64,000 nt of DNA from Haliotis cracherodii (taxonomy: Eukaryota): the NCBI RefSeq assembly GCF_022045235.1, contig NW_027266273.1, positions 434,001 to 498,000 on the forward strand, written 5' to 3'. Shown here in pieces: positions 26,401 through 41,400 of this stretch (positions are counted from its first letter, which is position 1; every line of letters starts with the position of its first letter). A program made the position numbers and the translations under genes. Under the pieces are notes generated by a model that saw only the letters and a program-made list of their open reading frames with translations, did not search any database and was not told the DNA's origin.

Positions 26401-29400
26401 AAATGAGGTGAATACTTTGTCTCGCAGACCTCTGAGCTCTTTGAAATCCTGTACTGTAAACCGATTCTCGTTAATGGGCCTGCTGGCTATTCCATCCAAC
26501 TCAGTTGTGTCAGCCAAACCAATACCAATAGCATAGATGTGGATGCCTGCACCTCTTACAGACTCTGCTTCTGGAACTGTTCTCCTGGCATTGATGTTGG
26601 ACACACCGTCAGTGATCACCACAGCCACATTCTTGACATCTGGTCGATCACCTCTTTGGGGAACATACATCTGGGTCCTCATTGTGTTCAGACCTCCAAA
26701 GGTGTTGGTGCTGCCATACTGGTATGGTATTCTGTCTATGGCAAGAAACACATCTCTCTTTGTTGCATATTCATTAAGGTGGAACTGGATGCTCACCTTT
26801 GTGCTATAAATGACTACACCAACTCGGACATTGCCATCATCGATGTTAGCCACGTAGAGGAAGTTCTTCAAGAAGTCCAACATTAGTTTGAAGTTAGGCT
26901 CTGTGACACTGGTGGAGGAGTCCAGCACAAAGACCAGATCCAGTTTGGTACTGGAACAATCTGATCAGAAACCATGAAATAATAATTCAGTAAAGTCACA
27001 TCAGTTCCAATTATTTCAAAAACTAACATCACATTCTTTTGAAAGAGTTGCGGTCAAGTAGTTAGATTATTCAAATAAGACTGATTCCATTCCTATTCTT
27101 ATTCATATCTGACAAGGTGTTGAGGCTTCCTTATTTACATGACACTCAATTTTGTGTCACCTCATGATCATAATAAAACAGGTCGCTTAACCATACTTAC
27201 CATCCACCTCAGGAGTAGTTGTTGTTGGAATAGTTGTTGTGGATGTAGTAGTTGTTGTAGTTGTGGTTGGGGCAAGGGTAGTTGTTACTGAAAAAGTATG
27301 TAGAAAACGACTTAAATATTTCATAACTTGATATAACATTGTCAGAATGGTTTGGATTGAAGATGCTTGAACAAATTGCACATGTTGTGCAAGAATTTGC
27401 ACAACATATTAATTCAGCTTTTTATTCAGATTAGTTTTTAGTTTGCATAAAATATACAGTTCAGCTGAACACTCATCCCTGGAGTGAAAGGAAAAAACTG
27501 TGCTGTGTTTTTCTGTATACAACACAGGAATGAATTAACCAATAAACATACAAACAGAATTGCAGATTTGAGAGAAGCATACCTGAACAAAAGGAAGAAA
27601 ACACTTCATCTCGCAGACCAACAAGTTCATCAAAGTCCTGAACAGCAAATCGATTCTTCTCAATGGGTCTGCTTGCTATCCCATCCAACTCTGTTGTATC
27701 AGCCAAACCAATGCCAATGGCATATATATGGATTCCTTGCTCCCGCACCCTTTCAGCTTCAGGAATTGTTCTCCTAGAATTTATGTTTGAAACACCATCA
27801 GTGATGACAATGGCAACATTGTCAACATCTGGTCGGTCTCCTGTCCTTGGAGTGAACATCTGAGTCCTCATAGTGTTCAGTCCTCCATAGGTATTTGTAC
27901 TTCCATACTGATAAGGTATTTGGTCTATGGCTACATAAACCTGGCGCTTGGATGTGTACTGACTCATTTGGAACTGGATGCTAACTTTGGTGCTGTAGAT
28001 CACTACACCAACACGAACATTGCCATCATCAATGTTGGCTACATACAGAAAGTGTTTAAGGAAATCTTTCATGAGAATGAAATTCTTCTCTGTGACACTG
28101 GTGGAGGTGTCCAGAACAAAGACAAGATCCAGTTTGGCATAGGAACAGTCTGAAGAAACAAGACAATATCAAACTTGATGAATTAACAACTAATCGGGGT
28201 TCAAATAGTTTTAAATGAAGCTAAAAGAAGCCCATGGACAGATATCATTCATATGATTACAACATGATGCCAAAACCTTTCAAGGATTTCTGAATGCAAA
28301 ACAAACATTACAAAAAACAGAACCTTTGTAAAAAAATATACATGCAATTTCTAGTATAAGTTATATTGAACTATAAACCATGTTACTTACCTTGAACTTT
28401 TGGTGGTAATGTACGTGGAACTGGAGTAGTGACAACTGGACAAAATGAGGTGAATACTTTGTCTCGCAGACCTCTGAGCTCTTTGAAATCCTGTACTGTA
28501 AACCGATTCTCGTTAATGGGCCTGCTGGCTATTCCATCCAACTCAGTTGTGTCAGCCAAACCAATACCAATAGCATAGATGTGGATGCCTGCACCTCTTA
28601 CAGACTCTGCTTCTGGAACTGTTCTCCTGGCATTGATGTTGGACACACCGTCAGTGATCACCACAGCCACATTCTTGACATCTGGTCGATCACCTCTTTG
28701 GGGAACATACATCTGGGTCCTCATTGTGTTCAGACCTCCAAAGGTGTTGGTGCTGCCATACTGGTATGGTATTCTGTCTATGGCAAGAAACACATCTCTC
28801 TTTGTTGCATATTCATTAAGGTGGAACTGGATGCTCACCTTTGTGCTATAAATGACTACACCAACTCGGACATTGCCATCATCGATGTTAGCCACGTAGA
28901 GGAAGTTCTTCAAGAAGTCCAACATTAGTTTGAAGTTAGGCTCTGTGACACTGGTGGAGGAGTCCAGCACAAAGACCAGATCCAGTTTGGTACTGGAACA
29001 ATCTGATCAGAAACCATGAAATAATAATTCAGTAAAGTCACATCAGTTCCAATTATTTCAAAAACTAACATCACATTCTTTTGAAAGAGTTGCGGTCAAG
29101 TAGTTAGATTATTCAAATAAGACTGATTCCATTCCTATTCTTATTCATATCTGACAAGGTGTTGAGGCTTCCTTATTTACATGACACTCAATTTTGTGTC
29201 ACCTCATGATCATAATAAAACAGGTCGCTTAACCATACTTACCATCCACCTCAGGAGTAGTTGTTGTTGGAATAGTTGTTGTGGTTGTAGTAGTTGTTGT
29301 AGTTGTGGTTGGGGCAAGGGTAGTTGTTACTGAAAAAGTATGTAGAAAACGACTTAAATATTTCATAACTTGATATAACATTGTCAGAATGGTTTGGATT

Positions 29401-32400
29401 GAAGATGCTTGAACAAATTGCACATGTTGTGCAAGAATTTGCACAACATATTAATTCAGCTTTTTATTCAGATTAGTTTTTAGTTTGCATAAAATATACA
29501 GTTCAGCTGAACACTCATCCCTGGAGTGAAAGGAAAAAACTGTGCTGTGTTTTTCTGTATACAACACAGGAATGAATTAACTAATAAACATACAAACAGA
29601 ATTGCAGATTTGAGAGAAGCATACCTGAACAAAAGGAAGAAAACACTTCATCTCGCAGACCAACAAGTTCATCAAAGTCCTGAACAGCAAATCGATTCTT
29701 CTCAATGGGTCTGCTTGCTATCCCATCCAACTCTGTTGTATCAGCCAAACCAATGCCAATGGCATATATATGGATTCCTTGCTCCCGCACCCTTTCAGCT
29801 TCAGGAATTGTTCTCCTAGAATTTATGTTTGAAACACCATCAGTGATGACAATGGCAACATTGTCAACATCTGGTCGGTCTCCTGTCCTTGGAGTGAACA
29901 TCTGAGTCCTCATAGTGTTCAGTCCTCCATAGGTATTTGTACTTCCATACTGATAAGGTATTTGGTCTATGGCTACATAAACCTGGCGCTTGGATGTGTA
30001 CTGACTCATTTGGAACTGGATGCTAACTTTGGTGCTGTAGATCACTACACCAACACGAACATTGCCATCATCAATGTTGGCTACATACAGAAAGTGTTTA
30101 AGGAAATCTTTCATGAGAATGAAATTCTTCTCTGTGACACTGGTGGAGGTGTCCAGAACAAAGACAAGATCCAGTTTGGCATAGGAACAGTCTGAAGAAA
30201 CAAGACAATATCAAACTTGATGAATTAACAACTAATCGGGGTTCAAATAGTTTTAAATGAAGCTAAAAGAAGCCCATGGACAGATATCATTCATATGATT
30301 ACAACATGATGCCAAAACCTTTCAAGGATTTCTGAATGCAAAACAAACATTACAAAAAACAGAACCTTTGTAAAAAAATATACCCGCGATTTCTAGTATA
30401 AGTTAAATTGAACTATAAACCATGTAACTTACCTTGAACTTTTGGTGGTAATGTACGTGGAACTGGAGTAGTGACAACTGGACAAAATGAGGTGAATACT
30501 TTGTCTCGCAGACCTCTGAGCTCTTTGAAATCCTGTACTGTAAACCGATTCTCGTTAATGGGCCTGCTGGCTATTCCATCCAACTCAGTTGTGTCAGCCA
30601 AACCAATACCAATAGCATAGATGTGGATGCCTGCACCTCTTACAGACTCTGCTTCTGGAACTGTTCTCCTGGCATTGATGTTGGACACACCGTCAGTGAT
30701 CACCACAGCCACATTCTTGACATCTGGTCGATCACCTCTTTGGGGAACATACATCTGGGTCCTCATTGTGTTCAGACCTCCAAAGGTGTTGGTGCTGCCA
30801 TACTGGTATGGTATTCTGTCTATGGCAAGAAACACATCTCTCTTTGTTGCATATTCATTAAGGTGGAACTGGATGCTCACCTTGGTGCTATAAATGACTA
30901 CACCAACTCGGACATTGCCATCATCGATGTTAGCCACGTAGAGGAAGTTCTTCAAGAAGTCCAACATGAGTTTGAAGTTAGGCTCTGTGACACTGGTGGA
31001 GGAGTCCAGCACAAAGACCAGATCCAGTTTGGTACTGGAACAATCTGATCAGAAACCATGAAATAATAATTCAGTAAAGTCACATCAGTTCCAATTATGT
31101 CAAAAACTAACATCACATTCTCTTGAAAGAGTTGCGGTAAAGTAGTTAGATTATTCAAATAAGACTGATTCCATTCCTATTCTTATTCATATCTGACAAG
31201 GTGTTGAGGCTTCCTTATTTACATGACACTCAATTTTGTGTCACCTCATGATCATAATAAAACAGGTCGCTTAACCACACTTACCATCCACCTCAGGAGT
31301 AGTTGTTGTTGGAATAGTTGTTGTGGTTGTAGTAGTTGTTGTAGTTGTAGTGGTTGTAGTTGTGGTTGGGGCAAGGGTAGTTGTTACTGAAAAAGTATGT
31401 AGAAAACGACTTAAATATTTCATAACTTGATATAACATTGTCAGAATGGTTTGGATTGAAGATGCTTGAACAAATTGCACATATTGTGCAAGAATTTGCA
31501 CAACATATTAATTCAGTTTTTTATTCAGATTAGTTTTTAGTTTGCATAAAATATACAGTTCAGCTGAACACTCATCCCTGGAGTGAAAGGAAAAAACTGT
31601 GCTATGTTTTTTCTGTATACAACACAGGAATGTATTAACTAATAAACATACAAACAGTATTGCAGATTTGAGAGCAGCATACCTGAACAAAAGGAAGAAA
31701 ACACTTCATCTCGCAGACCAACAAGTTCATCAAAGTCCTGAACAGCAAATCGATTCTTCTCAATGGGTCTGCTTGCTATCCCATCCAACTCTGTTGTATC
31801 AGCCAAACCAATGCCAATGGCATATATATGGATTCCTTGCTCCCGCACCCTTTCAGCTTCAGGAATTGTTCTCCTAGAATTTATGTTTGAAACACCATCA
31901 GTGATGACAATGGCAACATTGTCAACATCTGGTCGGTCTCCTGTCCTTGGAGTGAACATCTGAGTCCTCATAGTGTTCAGTCCTCCATAGGTATTTGTAC
32001 TTCCATACTGATAAGGTATTTGGTCTATGGCTACATAAACCTGGCGCTTGGATGTGTACTGACTCATTTGGAACTGGATGCTAACTTTGGTGCTGTAGAT
32101 CACTACACCAACACGAACATTGCCATCATCAATGTTGGCTACATACAGAAAGTGTTTAAGGAAATCTTTCATGAGAATGAAATTCTTCTCTGTGACACTG
32201 GTGGAGGTGTCCAGAACAAAGACAAGATCCAGTTTGGCATAGGAACAGTCTGAAGAAACAAGACAATATCAAATTTGATGAATTAACAACTAATCGGGGT
32301 TCAAATAGTTTTAAATGAAGCTAAAAGAAGCCCATGGACAGATATCATTCATATGATTACAACATGATGCCAAAACCTTTCAAGGATTTCTGAATGCAAA

Positions 32401-35400
32401 ACAAACATTACAAAAAACAGAACCTTTGTAAAAAAATATACCCGCGATTTCTAGTATAAGTTAAATTGAACTATAAACCATGTAACTTACCTTGAACTTT
32501 TGGTGGTAATGTACGTGGAACTGGAGTAGTGACAACTGGACAAAATGAGGTGAATACTTTGTCTCGCAGACCTCTGAGCTCTTTGAAATCCTGTACTGTA
32601 AACCGATTCTCGTTAATGGGCCTGCTGGCTATTCCATCCAACTCAGTTGTGTCAGCCAAACCAATACCAATAGCATAGATGTGGATACCTGCACCTCTTA
32701 CAGACTCTGCTTCTGGAACTGTTCTCCTGGCATTGATGTTGGACACACCGTCAGTGATCACCACAGCCACATTCTTGACATCTGGTCGATCACCTCTTTG
32801 GGGAACATACATCTGGGTCCTCATTGTGTTCAGACCTCCAAAGGTGTTGGTGCTGCCATACTGGTATGGTATTCTGTCTATGGCAAGAAACACATCTCTC
32901 TTTGTTGCATATTCATTAAGGTGGAACTGGATGCTCACCTTTGTGCTATAAATGACTACACCAACTCGGACATTGCCATCATCGATGTTAGCCACGTAGA
33001 GGAAGTTCTTCAAGAAGTCCAACATGAGTTTGAAGTTGGGCTCTGTCACACTGGTGGAGGAGTCCAGAACAAAGACCAGATCCAGTTTGGTACTGGAACA
33101 ATCTGATCAGAAACCATGAAATAATAATTCAGAACTAGAAAAGTGTTGTCCAATTATGCAAACGCAGAAGCAGCCTCATCCCTACCATTTTCTGAATGCC
33201 CTAAGCTACTAAGAATGACCAGCTGATACTACAGTAGTGGCCCAATTACGATCCTAATTCAACTTCACACAAGAATATAATAGTATTCTATGTATGAAAG
33301 ACAAAATGATAATAATTTTTATGGGCCATGACCAGTTGCAGGAATGATACTTTCGTCATATATTTTCTCTTGTCTGTGGGGAAATATATACAACCTGTTA
33401 TAAGCAAAATTAACATTGACATGGTTTGAAAGATGCTGAATAAACTATGATTATTTTATGATTATATAGACTTACCATCACTCTTTGGTTGGGTTGTGAC
33501 AGGTACTGAAGGTCTTTCAACTGAAACACAGCAGAAGATTACAAACATTTGTTACAGAATTTAAACTGAAACACCTCTGAAACACATTCTGACTGAAAAA
33601 TATCTCATTTACATTGGTCACTGAAAGATAGTTTGTGAACAATATAATATTACATGTTACAATGTACCAGTACTTAAGAAAACAATGATTTATTGATGGC
33701 AAAAATGTAACACATTTGAGTTTCAAGATCTGGAAAAGTAGGAAAACTTGTCACTGATATTTGGGAAACTGACAACAAAAGTACTTATGAATGGGAAATT
33801 ATGTCTTCATACTAACAGCCAACATATTTGTCAACAGAAATTTCATACTACATATTTCCAACATCAACCTTACACAATACATATGAAAATGCCTTTGGTA
33901 CTTCAAAAACAAAGCTTATATGTGTCATTACAAGATAATAAGAGATTTAGACTCAATTTGTACATCCATATCTTTTAACTAGTTTAGACAAAAACACATG
34001 TAGTGCTTCTTTTAAAACTTAAAATACCTGGTCTATTTTTTATTGATAGATATGGAGATATGTACTAAACTGAATACTGATATATTGTTACTCAATAAAG
34101 TCACAAATCGGCCAACTTCTTTCCCTGGCCATGGTTTACTCTCGCTGTTAACATTTACATGATGAAAGGTGAAAAGTAATTTTTTTATAGAAGTCATTCT
34201 CTTATTAAACTGATTCATACCTCAAGATCACATTAACACATTTCACATTTATGAAATTCCAGAGACATCATGACAATCATCGCATCTGATGACAAGGAAA
34301 CAGATCAATAACGTGATTCACATGTCAAAATATATCACACTGCTGATTTCACTCTAACATCCATGACCCATGGTTTTAACTTGACTTACAAAAGTAAGTT
34401 TACAGGGGACCAAATAATTACTTTCAAGGGTACTTGCAGGCAATATGAGGGTCCTGTAAAGTAATGAAATGGTGTAGGGTACTGTACACTTTGATAATTA
34501 CTTTTGAGCCTGGAATGCCTCAATGATCATGTGGACAGTGGTCATGACTGATAGCTGAAATAACAGACACCCATCACTTCTCCTGATACTCTGTAGGTAC
34601 AATGAACATTAATGTGCATCCCTCGGAACACAGTGTATTTATTTCAGTGTCTATTTTCTCTACAGACGTAAAACCTGGATAACTGGTATTTTGTTCTTAC
34701 TGCAGGAAAAACAAAAACAATTGTCCAGTGTTAAAGTTATCCTCTCAGCAAGAAGAACCTTATTCTTTTAAAATAGTTTGCCCATATGTCAAAATAATAT
34801 GAGTAAATGACAAGGAGAGAAAAATACACCAGAAGTCATAGCATAAAGTTGGCTATCAACAACACAACCTCCTTGGTTCATAATCATACTTAGTTCGTGG
34901 CTAAATAGTGAAAACTCTGCCATTATGGAAAACAATTACCCAACTCACTAACCCATGGTAAGTGCTGTTCTATTCAGGAGATTAAGTTCAGTACCTAATC
35001 ACAGTCCTTTGCTTAGTATGTCAGAAAGATTTGATTGTTAACACTATTTCTGATATGCTATAAAACAGGCAGCTGTGATGTATTTTGCTTGTGAAACTGT
35101 TTGACATTCACATTGAGAAATTCTCTCTCATAAACAATAACAGATTGATTACAAAGACATCTAAAAACATCTATATAAATATATAAAAACTGTGAATATA
35201 ATGACATGTTTATATATATATATGTATATATATGGACATTGATGTATATATTGTATATTATTAAAGCCATTCCCAGCATGCAACAATTATTAGACATCTG
35301 AACCTACACCAGCTGTTCCTGGTGAAGTGAAGGACATGAAAACACAGTGTGCAATACCCGCAACCAGTGCTGAGACAGGGGTTAAACAATGAAACACCTC

Positions 35401-38400
35401 CGCTGCAACCAGAGCTCAAATCAACGACGTTAGCAAGCAGACACCAAACATCCCAGAATGATCTGGTCTGTGATGATCCTGCCCGACAAGTGGGCGGAGA
35501 AACAGACGATGTGTTAGGTCACATGATGACGAGGACACCTATTGGCGTAGCTCCTACCTGGACATACAGATGTGAACACCTTTTCCTTGAGGGTCTGTAG
35601 CTCTTTGAAATCCTGGACTATGAATCGGTTCTGTTCAATGGGATCAGATGCCATACCATCAAGTTCCCTGGTTTCTGCTATACCTATACCAATAGCATAG
35701 ATCTTGATGCCTGCCTTTCGGGCCTCTTCAGCTTCAGGGATGGTCTGGCGTGCGTTAATGTTAGATATGCCATCTGTTAGGACAATTGCGACATTAGGGA
35801 CATCAGACCGGTCTCCAGTTCGAGCTGTGAACATCTCCTCTCGCATTGCTCTCAAACCTCCAGCAGTGTTGGTGCTGCCATACACATAGGGAATGTTGTC
35901 TATGGCTGTCATCAATTCACTCTTGGTGGAGTAGGCATTCATGTGAAACTCTACCTGAACTTTAGTGCTGTAGAGGACTACACCGACTCGAACATTGCCA
36001 TTGTCAACATCAGCATAATCTAGGAAATCTTTCAAGAAATCCAAGACCAGCTTGAAATTTGGTTCTGTTACACTTGTGGATGAGTCAAGGACAAAAACCA
36101 GATCCAGTTTGGCATTCAAGCAGTCTGCAAAAAATGAGGGGTGAGGATGAATTGACTAGGCACTAAGATAAAGTCTACACAGACTCCTACCTTCTGCTGT
36201 GACTGTTCGTTGCAGCCTTCAGAGTGGCCATCAGGACCAGCAGCAGTCACTTCTCCAGCTTCTTCCTCCTCTGCATCCTCCATCGGGTCCATGAGGTTAA
36301 AACACTACTCTAATATTTCACACACATTGCCATAGCAACTCAAGAATGGTACCAAAGAAATTAATGAAAGTCAACATACATGTGCTGAAAGATTTGGATC
36401 TGATTGCTGTTACAGAAAATGAATAACGGAAAATGGTTAAATTCCTCCAATTATTTTTAAAGGTACAGCAAATTTTGATGTGTAAAGCTGAGTCAAGATC
36501 TTTTCACTTGAAACATGTTCATAAAACCAAAACTTTCAGCTTAAAAAACGAGTATAATAATGTTAATGCTTGTCATCGCCTGAATTTTTTCGAATTGCAC
36601 TACTTACTGAATTGTAGCACTTTCTTACAAGTGTGTCATTTACTGTATTTACATCTCAGGAGACAAAAGCTAAAACATTACTAATACTTGTTTCATTTGG
36701 GAGCATATTTGACTATTCTACAGTTACATTCCATCTCTAATCAGCTAGTGATCTTGAGGGGCTGCATCCACGATTGCTAAAATCACTGAAAGAAAAGACA
36801 TTCTCTCCAATGGTACTTTCAACATGGACAGATCAACAAGCACTTGACCTGCACTATTATATTCAGTTTTGTTCTAAAGTTAATTTAAGTAAAATATTTA
36901 TACTTCATAATTTCAGCAGCTATTAATAATCAGACAAACAACCCTTACTTGAGATGCCATTTTTTTGGAAAATGTCAATATAACCTTGATTGTATGAGTG
37001 CTTCAAAACCTGGCATGCTAGTATGAATGTACCAGTGGTTTGGAAAGGTTTGCACATAAACCCCTGTAGTGCTGTTCATCCCAATTTTGTCAGGAAGTAG
37101 CACATGGGTATGCAGTGGTTAGTTCCAAAAGCTTCATGAAACAGGATAGACAGTTAGCCATAATGGGAAATTATGTATAGCAAGGGAATCTACGTTTAAC
37201 CATGTGACCCAGGGGCAGAGAACTACCGTAACTGTAGTCCACTATCTCAATGGTCACATTACTTACTATCCGTCTTGCCTTTGGCTCGGACTGAAAAGAA
37301 AAGAAAAGAATAAAAGGATATGGTATTCAGTAAGAGTATTTAGAATGAAAGAGCTTTTTTATCATTAAGATAGAAATCTCAAATCAATATTTCAAGAACA
37401 AAAACATTTTATTTTAGAAGTCACTCACAGGCCTGAATTGATCTTCGGACAGAGTCTCCATTCCTCTCGAGCTCAGCATAGTCTGACACTGTGTGGATGT
37501 TGTTGGTATCTACTGCAGCCATCTCCAGCTGCGACTTGTCTGATAGGCCCACCCCCACAGTGTACACCCCGATACATGCTGCCTTCATCTGATCTGCCTC
37601 TGCACTGATGGCAGCACGGGGCTGATTGGCTGTAGTGTCAGTCACAAGGATAACACCATTAGGTACACCATCACGGTCACCATTAGCGGACGTGAACATC
37701 TTTTCTCGGATAGTTCTCAGCATTCTTGGTAGGTTGAAACTGCGTGTACGGGCTACTCTCTTTGCGAGTTGGTTGATGGCGTCTGCGACATCCATAGTGG
37801 AGGAATATCTAGAGCATTGTAAAAAAACAACTCTTCAGATACAAATAAAAACACCTTATCACATTAAGCCCCAAATTATCATTTTCTTTGTGTAATGAAA
37901 ACCAAAAACCAAAAAGATCTAAGGGAATGAGGTGAGGAGTTCTCCCAGCAAAGAATAGTACAGCATTGTTTTAATTGACCATTAATCATTTTTCAACCAA
38001 GAATTACATTATGTTCTAGATACGGTAGATGAAAATATTTATGACTGCACGATTTATGGCCAATGAATGACCCCCATGAACCCACCCATCCCTCCGGATC
38101 TGCAACTGCAGTTTCAACTCAAATGAATCATGGCATGTCTAAGGGATGCAACTTTGCAAAGCAATTATTGGCACCTTAGACAACTGAGCTATCAGTGGCC
38201 CCTGATGTATACCAATATTTAAGTATATTGTGTGGGTTCAACAAAAACAATTTACCTGTATTTTGATATGATGAAAAAGAATGAATATTTAGTGGATAAC
38301 TAACAATCTATGCAGCATTACAGATTATCTGTAACATAATCATTGAGTCAGGTTTAATTAATCAAGAGGGTCAATCAGGATTTTTAAAGAATTAGAAAAT

Positions 38401-41400
38401 AATCAACACAATGCGAGAAATGTTTTTGATGAATGAATGATGAATTACAGAATTACAGATACTATTATTTCTGAGTCACTGGCAAGTCATCTACAGTAAA
38501 CTACGGTTATAACGAACTAACAATTTAATTTTAGTTCGTAATAACCGTAGTTAGTTATAGGCATATATATACAGCATACATATATCAAATGGCTGGGACT
38601 AGAAAATAAGTTTGTTATATCCGTCAGTTCGTTATAAGCGTGTTCGTTATAAACATAGTTTACTGTATATTTTGTCAATGGATCTTTTTGAAATGGGGCA
38701 GTAGAGAAGCCTGGTGGTTAAAGCTGATGGCACACACATGGGTACACAGAGAAGCTCATACTTATGTACTCTTTTAAAAGTGAGGAAAAATGTGGGTCTG
38801 TCATTTAGTAAGGTCAACCAACTGTTCTAACAACATCACATGAAAACATCTTTGATGTCATCAACCATAGATGATATCATCTTCAATTGTCAGAAGCAAT
38901 GCACTGATCTGACAAGGGGTGGCACGATTCATTGATGTATTGATGCATCACAAAACGATACTCCTACCCTTAGATCAGTTCATATATGTCTCAAATCTGT
39001 TTCGACTTTAAAAAACTCAATTATGTTCTTTATGAACAAGTCTGTTAATATGTTGAACTTGGGTTAGCATTACAAGCATACTTGGGCTAGCCTATCACAT
39101 GAAAAATTGGAAAATCTGATTGCATAATAGTAAGTTAAACACAAACCAGTCAACAGTAACCTCATGTTAGCCGGGCCACATGAACATGTAGAATTCAATG
39201 CAAAAACAGTGCAAATTAAGCAACTGGATACATCATATCATAACTCCGGTAAATCAATATGTATGTATCAATATTTGAAATAGGCATATTGTGTCACCCC
39301 TAATCTAAAGTCATGGTGCTGTGTATAAGGCTGCCTAAAAATAATAAAACAGTAGGCATGAAGGAAGGTGAATAAAAAAATATTACATTGAGAAAATAAC
39401 TTCTCTTAGTCTGGATAGTTACGAGGTAATACAAGTAAGTACATACCTGCTTAGTTGGAATGGAGTATAACCACCATCAACAAAGAAGCCGAGACGGACA
39501 TTGCCAGAATCTACATCTGCTGATTGCACCAAAGATACCAAGTATGTTTTCAATTTGGCAAAATTCTCTTGGGATCCCTTTGGATTGAAGTAGATGGCAA
39601 AGATGATGTCAGCCTGAGGGCTAGCTGTATCAGAGAAAGGAAACAGGTATGATTATGCGAGTGACTAAATGGGATGTATCAAGGGTTTTATTGTGTATTT
39701 TTCGAAAATTGCACATGAAAATGACTTCCGGAGTCAGAGTCAGCATAAGATTTGAAATTAAGGCATCAGTTATTTGTTTCTCAGACCATTTTTATTAAAG
39801 TGACAATGCAGTGGACAATTTGTTTTAGGTCGGCATGAATGGTTTCAAAATTGAAATATGTAAGGGAAACGTGAAACAGTGAAGTTTTTATGCCATTGTT
39901 AAAAAATGAACTTACTATTTTATAGAAATTACAATGTTCTCTTATGGATGAAACATTCCATCATGCTACAGTGAATGATTTTCCTACATGACTCATCAGC
40001 AAAAAGTAAATTGGTGTTTGAGTAAAGGGGCTTCTACCACAATAACAGTTTAACAAAATACCTTAGATTTCGAAAATACTTATCTTCGAAAAAGTGAAAT
40101 ACTCCTAATCTACACAAACAGCCAACCTTTAGTATAAAGTGGAGTTCAGTGTAGTTTACATCATACAATAGCAGCACTGCACTTTGTATCTATATGTTCA
40201 TATATTGGCAAGGGTTTTGTCTTTCACTTACAGGCCAAAGATGCACCACAAGCAGGTCCTGAAAAGATCCAAGAGATATTGTGAGAACAGAGCGCAATAA
40301 TCATTAAATTTTGGGTGAGTATCAACATTCAGAAGATCTTATTGGTAAAGATCTTAAACAATTAAAATAATAACAGAGTGTGTTTTAGGTTCTGTGTGTT
40401 AATCATGAACAGTTACAAAGATTATGTTAGATCAAAATAAAATGTTAATTTTAACATGTCACAAACATAAAAGATTCATCCTAAAATCTAAAGAATGAAA
40501 TAATTACATTTCCTGTGTTAGCTGTTTGAAAGAAGAAGCAACGATTAGACTTTACAGGGACATGATCTAAAAACATCTACATTTCCTAGAACTTAGTGCT
40601 AAGGCTTACCTTTCAATCAATCAGAGACACTTGAATAACTCTTTACAAATACATGCAAGGACTATTCTATTTAATAATTGCGTATACTTTACTATATATC
40701 CACTGAGGTATACAGCCATAGATGTAATTGTCATGCTCTGTTTATCTATTGACAATACATAAAACAAACACAACACTTACACTGGACAACATTTTACAAC
40801 ATACAAACAAACAAATATTTGAACACCATTTCACAATATACCACAAACAAACAAATATGTACATACACATAAATAGTTAACATCACAAGAATGAATAACT
40901 CCATTCAAAACAACATACTAACCTTCATTATAAAAAGTTGGAGAACAGTTAGTAGAAATGATATTTAAATAAGGGAAACGTTCAGTCCTGTATCAAAAAA
41001 ACAATTATCATAAGGGTGAAAACATCATTCACAATAAAAGAAACAATGTGCTTACATACAGTGTAACACGTGAACAGTCAGTGTAATACACAAGCATCCA
41101 GTAAGAGACAACACAGAACATGAAGTCCAAAACAGACGTCAAATCCAGCGTGGATGTTGAAATGTGCCAAGTGCTATCAGTGCAACTGCCTTGAATTGGC
41201 CTGGAAAAGAGCTAGAGATGAGATGTAGTGACGTGATTACATCAAACCAGAGATGTCACTCCCATGCAAGATAATCCATGACACACACAATGTAGACATA
41301 CTTAGTTCATATCATGCAGAAACACAACTGGTGCTTCTTCTTCAACATTTTCAAATTTCATGCACTGGCTTGGGTCTTGAAAATCCACAGTGAATAGGGT

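Larger units (their letters stand above)
25416..33132. repeat. Tandem segmental array, unit ~2,042 bp, ~3.8 copies
   Basis: Equivalent exon boundaries at 26349/28391/30433/32491 (spacings 2042, 2042, 2058); introns are also near-identical. Confidence 0.95.

Noticed and set aside
1980-36119. Treating each vWA ORF as a separate gene or a prokaryotic operon
   Set aside because: Similarity starts and stops at GT-AG sites, exon lengths are multiples of 3 in phase 1, and no individual ORF has a signal peptide.
36191-36292. Purine-rich exon-like stretch (MDPMEDAEEEEAGEV...) ending in a gtagga donor just before vWA5
   Set aside because: The open frame ends in phase 0 while vWA5 needs phase 1; the other frames contain stops and there is no good acceptor.
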